This document shows positions 1-11,908 of a DNA stretch of 64,000 bases, in pieces. Numbering within the stretch: the first letter of the stretch is position 1; every line of letters starts with the position of its first letter. A program made the position numbers and the translations under genes. Below the pieces are notes generated by a model. It was not told where the DNA came from. It did not search any database and was given only the letters and a program-made list of their open reading frames with translations. The stretch lies in assembly GCF_963921235.1 (NCBI RefSeq), contig NC_086097.1, positions 116,064,001 through 116,128,000 on the forward strand, given 5' to 3'. This stretch comes from Mobula hypostoma (taxonomy: Eukaryota).

Positions 1-150
1 CAAGATAATTTTATGATATCAACATTTAATAAATACATGGTTAGGAGGGGTTTAGAGGTATAGAGGCCAAATGCAGGCAAATGAGACTAACTCAGTTGTC
101 ACCATTGTCGGTGTGAAGCTGAGCTAAAAGGGTTGCTTTCATGATGTATT
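1..150 (+). mobile_element. CR1 LINE 3' end fragment, degenerate
   Basis: Resembles the CR1 3' ends elsewhere in the window, e.g. 17900-18070 (..TACATGGTTAGGAGGGGTTTAGAGG..GGCCAAATGCAGGCAAATG..). Confidence 0.55.
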
Positions 151-329
151 ACAGTTAGATTTTACATTGCTTGTTACTTCCTTCCTGAATTCTGGGTTCT
201 AGAATGAGCTCAGGCCCAGAGTCATCTGGGTCCTGAGCTTCTGATCCCATGTTCAGGAGTTGAATTTTACCTTGTTCATTTCAGCCATGTCATCACAGTA
301 CTCCTCCATCACTTAGAACATGGGGTATA

Positions 330-1050
330 GAACACTGAAACACCAAATAGTCAGCACAGTGCACATCCTTCAACCTATGCTGTGCTGACCATTTAATCTA
401 TAACAAGTCCAATTTAATGCAAAATACAATCATCTTTCTGTCATCCATGTACCTTTCTAAGAGTCTCTTAAACCTTCCTGATGTATCCACTTCTACCACC
501 AACCCTGACAGTACATTTCACGCACTTACCACTCTGTGTAAAAAAACTTCTTCTGAGATACTCCGATATTTTCCTTCAATCGCCTTAAAATTATGTCCTC
601 TTGTGTGAGCTATTTCCAACCAGGGAAAATGTCTCTGGTTATCTGCTCTTGACTCTTATCATCTTACACACATCTATTAAGTCACCTCTCACTCTCCTTT
701 CCTCCAAGGACAAAAACCCTAGCTTGTTCAACCTTTTCTCACAAGACATGCTCTCTAATCCAGACAGCATCCTGGTAAACCTCCTCTAAAGCTTCCACAT
801 CCTCTTATAGTGAGGCAACCAAGCTGAACATAATAGTCCAAGAGTAGTCTAATTAGAAATTTATAGAGATGCAATATTCCTTGTGGCTCTTGAACTCAAA
901 CCAACGAGTGAAAGTCAGCACAACATACTGCATGCCCTCTTAGCCATCCTGTCCACATGCACAGCAACTTTGAAGGTTCTAAAGACATGGACCCCAAAAT
1001 CCATCGGTTCCTCTACACTGTTAATAATCCTGTCATTAATCTTGCACTCT
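330..1050 (-). mobile_element. CR1 LINE 3' fragment (decayed ORF2 C-terminus)
   Basis: Reverse complement contains the FFTQ.VVSA.N-type motif (plus strand CACTTACCACTCTGTGTAAAAAA) and RMLSGLESMS; multiple stops. Confidence 0.75.
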
Positions 1051-1460
1051 GTCGTCACATTCCACTGATAACATCACAGGTCACTCCGGTTGGACTACCT
1101 TGGGAATTCCTTGGAACGACAGACAAGTGGCCAGATAGAAGAGAAATGGGGTGTGAGGAAAGTAATGTGGGACCAGAAAGACTGATCCCACAAGCTGTAA
1201 TTTGTCCACCAAAGTAAATCTCTGCTGGAACATAAGTGACCCAGACTAGCCACAGACCATTCTTGAATCAGAATGCTACATTCAATGTTACTCTGTATCT
1301 TCAGTTGCCTCCAGGTATTAGTCACAAGCATGGGGTAGGATTTAGTCATTGTAATCTCAGAAAACTGAATGTATAGCTCTTATTTTTTTCAGCACCATAT
1401 GATTCAATTTCTCTTTTCCTCAGAGATGATGATATTTTTTCGGTTAAACTCACACAAACA

Positions 1461-2200
1461 TCAGGATCAGAATCAGATTTAATATCACCGGCATCTGTTA
1501 AATAACTTCTTGTCTTTGCTGCAGCAGCTGTACAATGCAATACATATTAATTTAAAAATACATGAATTACAGTAGGTATATATATTAAACCGTTAAATAA
1601 ATAGTGCAAAAATAAGCAATAAAGAAGTAGTAAGGTAGTGTTCATGGGTGGAATGTCCATTCAGAAATTGGATGGTAGAGGGGAAGAAGCTGTTCCTGAA
1701 TCACTGAGTGTGTGCCTTCAGACTCCTGCACCTCTTTCCTGATGGTAGCAATGAGAACAGGGCATGTCCTGGGTGATAGGGGTCTTTAATGATGATCGTT
1801 GACTTTTTAAGGCATTGCACTTTGAAGATGTTGTGTATACTACAGAGGCTAGTGCCCATGATGGAGCTGACTAGGTTTACAACTCCCTGCAGCTTATTTT
1901 GATCCTATGCAGTAGCCTCCAGACAGTGATGCAGCCAGTTAGAATCCTCTCCATGGTACATCCTTAAAATTTTCCAAGGCTTTTTGGTGACTTACCAAAT
2001 CTCCCCAAGCTCCTAATGAAATTTAGCTGCATCAATATATTGAGTCAAGGGTAGATCTTCAGAGATATTGACACTCAGGAATTTGAAAATGCTCACCCTT
2101 TCCACTTCAGATCTCTCTACGAGGACTGGTGTGTGTTCCCTGGTTTTAACCTTTAGAAGTCTGCAATCAGTTCTTTGGCCTTACTGACACTGAGTAAAAA
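1461..2200 (-). mobile_element. Rex1/Babar-type LINE 3' fragment
   Basis: (TCTGA)-type tail read as TCAGAATCAGATT at the left edge; minus strand encodes LSVSKAKELIADF..EVERVSIFKFL; homologous to 39224-40010 and 41818-42120. Confidence 0.7.
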
Positions 2201-2577
2201 GCAATGAAACATAAAACTATATTGGGCACTCCTGTGTGCTATTCTTGCAGAAATATCTGAAAATTTCCCTTTGGACTCAGGTGCACCAGAAATGATATCA
2301 TTAATTGCTTAACTCTCTTTTCTGCTTAAACTGCAGCTCAAATTTCCACATTAGGAATGTAGTGGAAGAACAGAGTGAATGTAATGTTATATTCTTCTAT
2401 CAGGTCAAACCCCAGCCCCTGACACTTCTTAGAAAACAATCCAGGTTTGTCGTACCTCTCCTTATGGCTAATACTTTCTGATTTCAATTTTGCACTCTAT
2501 CTAAAGCCTTCATATACTTTCTATCATGCGGTGACCAGAACTGCATACAGTAGTCAAAATCTGACCCAAAAGTTTGA

Positions 2578-2676
2578 GCAACACACACAAAATGCTAGAG
2601 AAAGCCAGCAGGCCAGGCAGCAGCTATGGAAATGAATAGACACTTGACCTTTTGGGCTGAGACATTACATCAGGAT
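2578..2676 (-). mobile_element. Penelope-derived short fragment with degenerate hammerhead motif
   Basis: ACACACAAAATGCTAGAG..CAGCAGGCCAGGCAGCA..TTGGGCTGAGAC..CATCAGGA; same family as 21090-21199. Confidence 0.55.
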
Positions 2677-3607
2677 ATTTTTGATGTATTTTTGAGGATA
2701 TGAAATTTCTTTCACCATGCTATATTGGCTCTCTTGGAGGACACTATTCCCATAAGCTTCTTCTTACACTGGTCCTTCTTCCATAAACAAATAGGACCGT
2801 TTTCCTGGATTATATCTTGTTGAACAGGACTTGCATGTCCTTTTAAAAATTGTCTATGTTCACCCTGCAAGCTCTATCAGCTCCACAGCAGGCAAAGTGA
2901 GTTGCTGCTTTGTTGGGAATGTGCCTTCAAGAGCTGATACGTATCTCTGAAATGTTGCCCAGCGAAGTGTTAGGAGATGCATTAAACCGAGTAGAGGCCC
3001 TTTGGCAATCAAGCAGATTCTGTTTTACCATGGGTTTTGAATTTAAAGCCACATCCATGCCTTTCAAACAGTTTCAATATTTCTCTAATGAATTCAATAG
3101 GTGCTAGTGGTAAACCATGCTGTTTTAATTCAACAAAATTGGGAGCAATCCAATTTCTAGAGTGAGAGTTTCCCATCCTTTTTTATGCCATGGACCCTTA
3201 CAGTTGAATGAGAGGACCGTGGAACCCCTGTTAGAGGTATGTTATTCTTGCACTAGAAAGCAGGTTACTGGCAAAATAGCTAATTCACTCAATTTATATG
3301 AGTATAGTAATAACCATAAAATAATAACAGTTAGACAGATTGTCAAAGGGTGGGAGCTATGTTTGGAAAGGATTAACAGATGAATGTCAAGACAGTTGGT
3401 TAGAAATTTATCTATGTGATGCTATTTTTTCTAGAAGCCCACAGATGAAAATTACATTAATACAGCATGTATTCACGTTTCTGAGACCATTAAAGCTAGT
3501 TATTAATAATGCATGTTTTCTGTGCAATTTATTTTTGTATCCTAGCAATTTTTGTTCTAGTAGCTAGCTTGCTGAAGTGACTTAGTCCAGTGCTTTCCAC
3601 CCATATT

Positions 3608-3988
3608 CATTCATTCATTATGTGCCGTGTCATATGACGTGAACGATCATGGTCTTTCAATGGCCATGATTGTTCTTGATAAATTTTTCTACAGAAGTGG
3701 GCTGTCTTTGCCTTCTTCTGGGCCGTGCCTTTACATGACGGGTGACCCCAGCCATTATCAATAGTCTTCAGAGGTTGTCTACCTGACATCAGTGCTCACA
3801 TAAACAGTGATATGCACCATCTGCTCATATGACCATCCACCACCTGCTCCCATGGCTTCACGTGATGCTGATTCGGTGGGGTGGGGAACAGGTGCTACAC
3901 CTTACCCAAAGGTGACCTGCAGGCTAGCGGAGGGAAGGAGCGCCTTACACCTCCATTGTTCGAAACATATCTCCACCCCGCTGCCAAA
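3608..3988 (-). mobile_element. Non-autonomous RTE-derived retroposon (5'UTR fused to 3' tip; Bov-A-like)
   Basis: (TGAA)n tail; 11-bp TSD CCACCCATATT (3597-3607) / CCACCCACATT (3989-3999); homologous to both the 5'UTR (57850-58135) and the 3' tip (54923-54970) of the RTE in this window. Confidence 0.85.
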
Positions 3989-4034
3989 CCACCCACATTA
4001 CTGTATATTGAAAACAGGCACTATTTACTCACAG

Positions 4035-4490
4035 GTTCAAAGTTCAAACATTTATTACGTATACTACACATCACCATATATGATCTTGTGATTGTTTTTT
4101 GCAGACATTTATGGAAAAAATGAAATACAATAAAATTTATTGAAAACTAAATATAGACAATGACTGACAAACAGCCAAGGTGCAAGAGAAGATAAATAAT
4201 AAAAACTGTAAATAAATAGTACTCTGAACAAGAGTTGTAGAGTACTTGAAAATTAGCTTACAGGTTGTGGAGTCAGTTCAGTGTTGAGGTGGGTGAAGTT
4301 ATCCACAATGCTTCAACGGGCTGATGGTTTTAGGGTAATAACTGTTCCTGGAACTGGTGGTGTGGAACCTAAGGCCTCCTGCCAATAGTAGTAGTGAGAA
4401 GAGAGCAAGGCTTGGACAGTAAGGGTCCTTGATGATGGATGCTGTTCTCTTGTGGCAACACTCCTTCTAAATGTTCTCCTAGGTGGAGAG
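4035..4490 (-). mobile_element. Rex1/Babar-type LINE 3' fragment
   Basis: TTCAAAGTTCAAA tail and the CTGTTCCTG..CTGGTGGTGTGG..GGGTCCTTGATGATGGATGCTG block shared with other copies. Confidence 0.6.
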
Positions 4491-4861
4491 GCCCATTCAG
4501 AACATTATTTAAAGGGCCAATAACGATCGATGTGCTATCATGTTCAGACTACTATACTCCAGCATACATACTCACAACTTACTCAATGGACTGCCAAACC
4601 CAGCACTCACTCTTTGTTTCATTATCACTCTGTGTGACCGAAATGGACCTACAATTTCTGCTTGTGTAGATCTCTTCACATATCCCAAGGGTGTGCAAAA
4701 ATCACCTTCAACGATTAACGTGCACCAAAGGGACCTGGCCACACACACTAAAATTGTTAAAATGCTGATCTTTGGACAATATGAATAAATTATTATTCTT
4801 TAAAGGCTTTCATAACATTGTCTTAATGTGTAATATGTGACATGAATTAATTTCAAGTCTA

Positions 4862-5405
4862 CACTCAGTGCCCACATTATTAAGTGCCTAATGAAGAGAT
4901 CACTGAGCTTACATTCATGGTCTTCTGCTGCTGTACCCATCCGCCTCAAGGTCTGATGTGTTGTGCCTTCAGGGTTGTTCCTCTGCACCCCATTGTTGTA
5001 CTGTGTGGTTATTTGAGTTACAGTCGGCTCCCTGTCAGCTTTAACCATTCTCCTCTGACTTCTTTCATTAACAAGGCAATTACAGCCACAGAACTGCCAC
5101 TCATGGGATGTTTTTATTTTTCACACTATTATCTGTAAACCTTAAAGGCTGTTGTGCCTAAAATTCCCAAGAGATCAGCAATTTCTGAGATACTCAAAAC
5201 ACCCCGTCAGGCACCAACAATCATTCCACAGTAAAAGTCACTTAGATCACATTTTTTCCCTGTTCAGTTAGTCTAAACAACAACTGAACCTCTTGACCAT
5301 GTCTGCATGCATTTAAACATTGAGTTGCTGCCATGTAATTGGCTGATTAGATATTTATATTAACGAGTAAGTTTACAGGTGTACCTAATAAAGTAGCCAC
5401 TGAGC
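4862..5405 (-). mobile_element. Tc1/mariner internal-deletion derivative
   Basis: TIRs CACTCAGTG(C)CCAC.TTATTA / TAATAAAGTAGCCACTGAG with a left TA; minus strand retains transposase N-terminus MIVGA*RGVLSISEIADLLGI. Confidence 0.85.
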
Positions 5406-5764
5406 TAGATTCTTCAAAAACATCTTTGAACAAACTCCAAAGGCAGCTTGAGCATCTAGAGGAGCCAAAGTCAGACTAAGTTATGTGCTTCTTGGAAGGT
5501 AAAATGAATACACCATTCCAGCTGGAATATAGATCAGAGAAAATGGTAGCAGTTTATATTGAATAGAAAGGCAATTAAGTTAATTGGGTCAGAGGTCTAT
5601 AACAGTCTTTTGTAGAGGAGTTGCCTAAATACAATAAAGAAAAAACACTTTCATAAAGCCTGGCATAAAGTGTCTCCTCAGGGATTCACATTCTACTGCA
5701 TTATAATGTTTCAAGTTCATCATAGTATCAGGCTCAGTAACTTTCTTGCATCAGATCCCAGGTT

Positions 5765-6205
5765 ATAGAATCATAGAAAAGTGCAGCATAGAAACAGGGC
5801 CTTTGGCCTGTCTAGTCAGTCCCAAACCATTTAAACTGCCTACTCCCATTGACCTCCACTGGGACCAGAGCCCTTCATGCCCCTACCATTCATGTAACTA
5901 TCCAAACTTCTATTAAATGTTGAAATTGAGCTTGCTTCCACCACTTGCTCTGGCAGCTCAATCTATTCTGAGTGAAGAAGTTTCCCTTCATGTTCCCCTT
6001 AATTTTCACTTTTGACCCTTAACCCTATGACCTCTTGTTGTAGTCGCACCCAACCTGCTTGCATTTATCCTATCTATACCCCTCATAATTTTGTACATCT
6101 CTATCAAATCTCCTTTCAATCTTCTACATTCCATGGAATAAAGCCCTAACCTATTCAATCTTTCCTTATAACTCAGGTCCTCCAGAACTGGCAACACCTT
6201 TGTTA
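5765..6205 (-). mobile_element. CR1 LINE 3' fragment
   Basis: ORF 6006..6197 MLPVLEDLSYKERLNRLGLYSMECRRLKGDLIEMYKIMRG, plus 3'UTR and tail. Confidence 0.9.
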
Positions 6206-6277
6206 CTAGAAGTTAGAGTTTCAACAAAAATACCCTAAAGCATCCAAGAAATAAACAAATACAGAAGTTCTTTGAAG

Positions 6278-7523
6278 AAAAGAAGGATCTAGTGCTTTCC
6301 TAGTGTATATGATAAATAAACTCTTCTCGGGCTTCCAGCCAGGAATAGATATCAATTTTAACTAATGTTTCAATGACAAACTCTGCCATCTTCATTAGGG
6401 ATAATGACTAGACATGTCTAGTCCGGTGGTGTATATACCTCCATTGATCATCCCTCCTGATTGGTTAATCCTCATCCAATCAGGTTTCTGCTGCCCCACC
6501 CAGTTAACAATTGAATTCCATTTCTTACTCGGAGTGAGACCTTCATCTTTGTTAGAATTCTTTTTCTGTAGTTTTATTTCAATGGCTTCCTTCACCAAGC
6601 AGACCTTAAAGCCACTGGCATGGCAAAGTAGCTTTGCGCCAATGACACCAATCCTATGGCCATTGCAAGTGCAATGTTCTACTACCACTGATTTCTCAGG
6701 TAACCCAAATGGATACACCTCCTGTACTCCTTGATGCGGGTTTCCACTGCATGCCCCATCTAGACAAAATATGATTAATAATGTGAAAACTATTTTGGAT
6801 CAAACAAGCCTTTAAAAGGACAAACAGAAAAACCAGGAAACCTAACAGTGAGGAGAAACCTGTTGCTACCACTTGTCTTTCCTATACTACCACATTTTCT
6901 GGAAGGATTGCCAGGATCCTGAAGAATTACCAGATTAATGCCATCCATAATTCTATAAGGAAGCTCAAATCACAGTTTTTGCAGTTGAAAGATGACCTGG
7001 GACTCAGAGCGGCTGGCATTTGCAGGATTTCCTGTGAATGTGGAGCTGCATAATTGGCCAGACATGCCCCACGGTGGAAACCCGCATCAAGGAGCACAGG
7101 AGGTGTATCCGTTTGGGTTACACGGAGAAATTCACGGTAACAGAACTTTGCATTCACAATGGCCGTGGGATAGACTTCGACAGCACAAAATTACTGTGCC
7201 ATACTAATGGTTTTTGGAACTGCCTGATGAAAGAAGCCATTAAATTAAATATAGATTAAAAGAATTTTAAGGAAAACAAAGGAAGGTCTCACTCTAAGTA
7301 AGAACTAGAATGTGATTGTAAACAAGGTGGGACGGCAGAAACCTGATTGGATGAGGACTAACCAAGCAGGAGGGATGGACGATGGGGGGTGGAGGGTGTA
7401 CCGTATATACTTCTGGGCTGGAAATGCCTAGGCGTTATCCCTGATAAAGATGGCTAAGTTTGTCATTGAAGTCAGTTAAAATCGACACCTGTACCCAGCT
7501 TGAAGCCCGAGAAGAGTTAATTT
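6278..7523 (+). mobile_element. Penelope-like element: inverted left arm plus GIY-YIG endonuclease-bearing right arm
   Basis: Frameshifted GIY-YIG (GICRISCECGAA../IGQTCPTVETRIKEHRR) at ~7010-7110; 6314-6760 is an inverted copy of ~7050-7523; 11-bp TSD GTTCTTTGAAG at 6267-6277 and 7524-7534. Confidence 0.9.
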
Positions 7524-7699
7524 GTTCTTTGAAGTAACTGTATGATTTTTTTTGCATTTGAACAACCTATGTTCAGAAACCACATGTGTGCCTTTCACAT
7601 ACAATTTGCCACATAACGAAGATCTCAATTCAAATATGTCACTGGATTCAAATTTTAGAATGAAGATGAAACAAGGTTCATGTTAATCACATAACATGG

Positions 7700-8528
7700 C
7701 AGATGCAATTTAATGTGGATAAATGTGAAGTTATCCACTTTGGTGGCAAAAATAGGAAAAGAGATTATTATCTGAATGGTGGCCGATTAGGAAAAGGGGA
7801 GGTGCAACGAGATCTGGGTGTCATTATACACCAGTCATTGAAAGTGGGCATGCAGGTACAGCAGGCGGTGAAAAAGGCGAATGGTATGCTGGCATTTATA
7901 GCGAGAGGATTCGAGTACAGGAGCAGGGAGGTACTACTGCAGTTGTACAAGGCCTTGGTGAGACCACACCTGGAGTATTGTGTGCAGTTTTGGTCCCCTA
8001 ATCTGAGGAAAGACATCCTTGCCATAGAGGGAGTACAAAGAAGGTTCACCAGATTGATTCCTGGGATGGCAAGACTTTCATATGAAGAAAGACTGGATGA
8101 ACTGGGCTTGTACTTGTTGGAATTTAGAAGATTGAGGGGGGATCTGATTGAAACGTATAAGATCCTAAAGGGATTGGACAGGCTAAATGCAGGAAGATTG
8201 TTCCCGATGTTGGGGAAGTCCAGAACAAGGGGCCACAGTTTGAGAATAGAGGGGAAGCCTTTTAGGACCGAGATTAGGAAAAACTTCTTCACACAGAGAG
8301 TGCTGAATCTGTGGAATTCACTGCCACAGGAAACAGTTGAGGCCAGTTCATTGGCTATATTTAAGAGGGAGTTAGATATGGCCCTTGTGGCTACGGGGGT
8401 CAGGGGATATGGAGGGAAGGCTGGGGCGGGGTTCTGAGTTGGAGGATCAGCCATGATCATAATAAATGGCGGTGCAGTCTCGAAGGGCCGAATGACCTAC
8501 TCCTGCACCTATTTTCTATGTCTATGTC
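7700..8528 (+). mobile_element. Young 5'-truncated CR1 LINE; open ORF2 C-terminal fragment 7703-8437
   Basis: 244-aa uninterrupted ORF (MQFNVDKC..LVRPHLEYCVQFWSP..RGDLIETYKI..FFTQRVLNLWNSLP); TTCTATG tail; perfect TSD TAACATGG at 7692-7699 and 8529-8536. Confidence 0.95.
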
Positions 8529-8562
8529 TAACATGGGCATAAACTAAATAGAAATATAGGTA

Positions 8563-8659
8563 AACAACAGGAATTCTGCAGATGCTGGAAATTCAAGGAA
8601 CACACATCAAAGTTGTTGCCTGGCCTGCTGTGTTCACCAGCAACTTTGATGTGTGTTGC
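8563..8659. mobile_element. 97-bp Penelope-derived inverted mini-insertion
   Basis: Inverted arms AACACACATCAAAGTTG / CAACTTTGATGTGTGTT; perfect 14-bp TSD TAGAAATATAGGTA at 8549-8562 and 8660-8673. Confidence 0.85.
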
Positions 8660-9879
8660 TAGAAATATAGGTACCATTTTTGAGCAGTAGTTATTCATTT
8701 TGGTATTAGTACTGTAAAATAAGTGCAAGTCCTTTTTCAAATATGAAGTCTTTGACCAAATTCAGTGACAAAAGTTTAAAAGTTTAACCTTCCCCCAATG
8801 AGCCACTGATCCAACAAAACAACTATTTCTTCCTGTTTTAATGGTAATACAAAAGAGTTTGGAAATTCATCTGTACAAACCAAGCTTGGTCTTCCTTTGA
8901 AAATAATGACTCACAAACTGAAGCAAACATATCATTTAGACCTATATCCTCACATGCTTAATTCCATTTTGAAGGACTGTATTTTGTGACTAGGTATTTT
9001 TCTTTGTTTTAGTTGAGAGTTTCAGAGCTATCCATTGTTCTTTGGCTGAGAGTAATAATGATAGCATAAAACATGGCTTATTATAAAACTCGAGACAATA
9101 TAAAAACAGTCACTTTCTGAGATGCACCACACAACATTGGTATTGTTGGTTTTAGTATACAAGAAGTTGCGAAGTAAGTAAACATGTGATGTCAGCTTAA
9201 GCAGTGGAGTTTTGAATAGATTAAAGCTATTTACCTAAAAGGTGTTTATGCAGTTTGAATGATCCACTCCTATTCCCTAATGGCTTGACTACTTCATTGG
9301 CACAGCATCTGTACCACCAAATCCCTACCTCTAGTCTGCCTCCACCAGCACCCAGTTCAACAGTAATGATTGTAGTCACTAGAACCCACGCTGATAATTT
9401 CATTTTCTACTGTTCTACCAAAGGATCGTGATGACTGATCCACACTATGCTGATGTCTCAGTATCTCCCTCTTACCTGACTTTACTCTATTAGTTACTAG
9501 TCCGTCACCCACCAACTTGATTTTTAGTTCATTTTTCAAGATAGTGGTATCATAGCAAGGCAAGAATTTTGTGCCAGCCCTAGTTGCCCTTTGAAAAGCT
9601 ATAACCACTGTTGTCATACAGCAGTATGAAGGCACTCAAGCAGTTGAGGAGGAGAGGTTTCCAGAAATTAGACCCAAAAGTGTTAATGTTCAAAAACTAA
9701 TACTCAATGTTCCTTAGATTTTACCCATCACTCTATAAATACACACACAGAAATGGTCAAATGCTCACTTCTTAGGCCTTGGTTAGAGTCTTACCGCATT
9801 GTATGCATGCATTTTACCCAACCGGTCAACATAAACAATGGTGCCTACTCAGTTTCCTGTATTCAAGCCTCACCCCGCC

Positions 9880-10020
9880 ACGTACCTGTCTAAGTGATAT
9901 TACAGTACATGCCACAACCGCTTCCTCTGGCAGCCCAATCCATACACTCACCACTCTCTGCATGAAAAGTTGCCCTTTGGGTCCCTTGTAAATCTTTTCT
10001 CACTGACCCTAAATCTACTC
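9880..10020 (-). mobile_element. CR1 LINE small fragment
   Basis: CTCTGGCAGC..CCATACACTCACCACTCTCTGCATGAAAAGTTGCCC is the antisense of the FMQRVVSVW motif. Confidence 0.65.
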
Positions 10021-10567
10021 CCCCCTGGATTTAAGTTGCAATTTTATTTCTCACTATATTCTAAAAAAACAATTCTAGTCAGCAGTGAAACTGAACTTAT
10101 TGTGACAGTTTAATGCTATAAAACTGTGTGTGTTAGACTAAAACATACAATAATAATGCTACGTGATACCCCTCATAAAGTGGCTATTTTTATATTGATT
10201 TTAGTTGTATAATGAAACCATGTGTTCTTCTGTCATAGTTATACTCAGCTAATGGAAAATGTTGAAACTATCAATTAAAAAAAAGCCCAATCGCAAAACA
10301 CAACTCTTTTAATTAAAGTTAAGCATGTGAGAATACATTTCAAAATGTCATTTTTGCCTCTATTTGGCAGTTGTTTGCTTACCAAGGGAAGATCAAATTT
10401 AGCTTTTCTCATGCTTGCTCACAATACATTGGCAATCTCAGAGAACACACAGTGAGTCCAGAAACTCTATTCATTCCTGTCTCTCACTGGAAGCTGAAAG
10501 GTGCACTGGTTTTCAATATTTTTAAACTATAGCGAAATGTCAGGTCAACAGGAAAGGTCATTGGCTC

Positions 10568-10729
10568 CGACATTCCCTCTTTTTTTTTACACAACTGCAC
10601 AGACCAGCCTTTGCTCTGAGCTGGAAGTTTTTACCTGGCCTGAAAACTGCAGGGCAACAAAGGATATGTGTGCAGGAGCATTTCAGTTACTGTATGGCTG
10701 TGCACTCAACCAGTTTAGAGGGAACAGTG
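10568..10729. mobile_element. Possible hAT-type MITE remnant
   Basis: Imperfect inverted termini CGACATTCCCTCT / AGAGGGAACAGTG; no clear TSD. Confidence 0.3.
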
Positions 10730-10734
10730 TAGCC

Positions 10735-11064
10735 TACAGTTCACCATCACTACAGGACTTGTACGTGTCCAGGACAAAGACATGGGCAGGAAATATCATT
10801 GTAATCGCTCCCCACCCTGCCAACTATCTTTTCCAAAAGCTTCCATCTGGAAAGCACTATTGGGCTATTAAAACATAAAATTCACACCATCCTAAAAGCT
10901 TCTTTCCTCAGAAAATCTGATCAACCATTCTAGTTAGCTTCCAATCCCCTCTATTTATCAACCTCATCACTACAAGACAGAAACACTTTGAACCACTTTG
11001 TATAATGCTCTTTGGATTGTAATCACATGTTGGTATTAGTGTAATTATGTACATTTTATTCTAT
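10735..11064 (+). mobile_element. Rex1/Babar-type LINE 3' fragment
   Basis: End of ORF 10501..10878 reads PSLQDLYVSRTKTWAGNII..PHPANYLFQKLPSGKHY, a typical C-terminal motif of this LINE group. Confidence 0.7.
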
Positions 11065-11068
11065 ATCC

Positions 11069-11908
11069 TGTAATGTACCCCATAACTGGGTTGCCAAACC
11101 ACCAGAAATGGAACACGTGTTGGAGTCTGGATTACTAGGAGCTAATAAAGTTTTACTAAAGAAATAAGTAACACAGTACTCTAATCGTAAGGATATAAAT
11201 GCAACAGGTTAGCAATGATAAAACACACATGTACACAGAACTAGGGTAATAGGAATCAACCAAGCTCTATCGCAGTCTAGGGGTAAAATGATCCGTCTTA
11301 AGTGACGCAGAGTTCAGTTCAGCTTAGTACAGTTCGCAGTAATCGCTGTTGTGCCGTTGGAGAGAGAGGCAGGGGAGGATGCAAATTTGATTCAGGCAGA
11401 CCTTTGATGTTCTTCGCAGTTGGTTTCAGGTGGACCCTTTTATGTCTTCTATCCCGCTGTGGTCACCGACTGTAACCCCTCCGTTCTGAATACGACCGTT
11501 CTTCCGTGGTGAACCCGGCACCTAGGCAAGGGCGGACACACACACCAGGTTCCCACCGATCATACCTTTACACCCTGTGAGTCTATGGTCAGTTCCCGCA
11601 AACCGGACCTCCAAACTCCCATCAACTTGTGGGGGCACACCGCTCTTCCAGGGTCTCGTTATCTCATGATCTCGTGGTGTCTCATGCCTTAGCGAACCTG
11701 TTCTTTTTATCCCCCTGCTGGGGTATTGCCTATCCATCAAACTTCAAACAGTTCAGGTTCAAAGCAACCGGTCTGTCTATATTCTGAATTATGTTTCTTT
11801 CCCGTTAATCTCTCTCTCCTCTCTCATTAACATTTTGAATGTTTCTCCATTGTCTCCCTTATCTCTCTCGTTAGTATCAATCGTCTGATAACTTGGTTTG
11901 GTGTCACA
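11069..11908 (-). mobile_element. Solo LTR (840 bp), Gypsy/ERV type
   Basis: TGTAA...TCACA termini, perfect 4-bp TSD ATCC (11065-11068, 11909-11912), CpG-rich; strand is inferred. Confidence 0.85.

Noticed and set aside
1080-1350. Possible host exon in unique sequence
   Set aside because: No recognisable peptide in any frame I read and no convincing acceptor-donor pair.
3160-3235. hAT MITE remnant (TTTCCCATCCTTTTTTATGCCATGGACC..GGAACCCCTG)
   Set aside because: Too short and degenerate; no TSD or clean left TIR to support a call.
4583-4748. Minus-strand exon candidate (TTTTAG acceptor, GTAAGT donor)
   Set aside because: One open frame, but the peptide is unrecognisable and no partner exons were found.
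7768-8460. 230-aa minus-strand ORF
   Set aside because: Antisense shadow of the CR1 ORF2 fragment; no independent evidence of coding.
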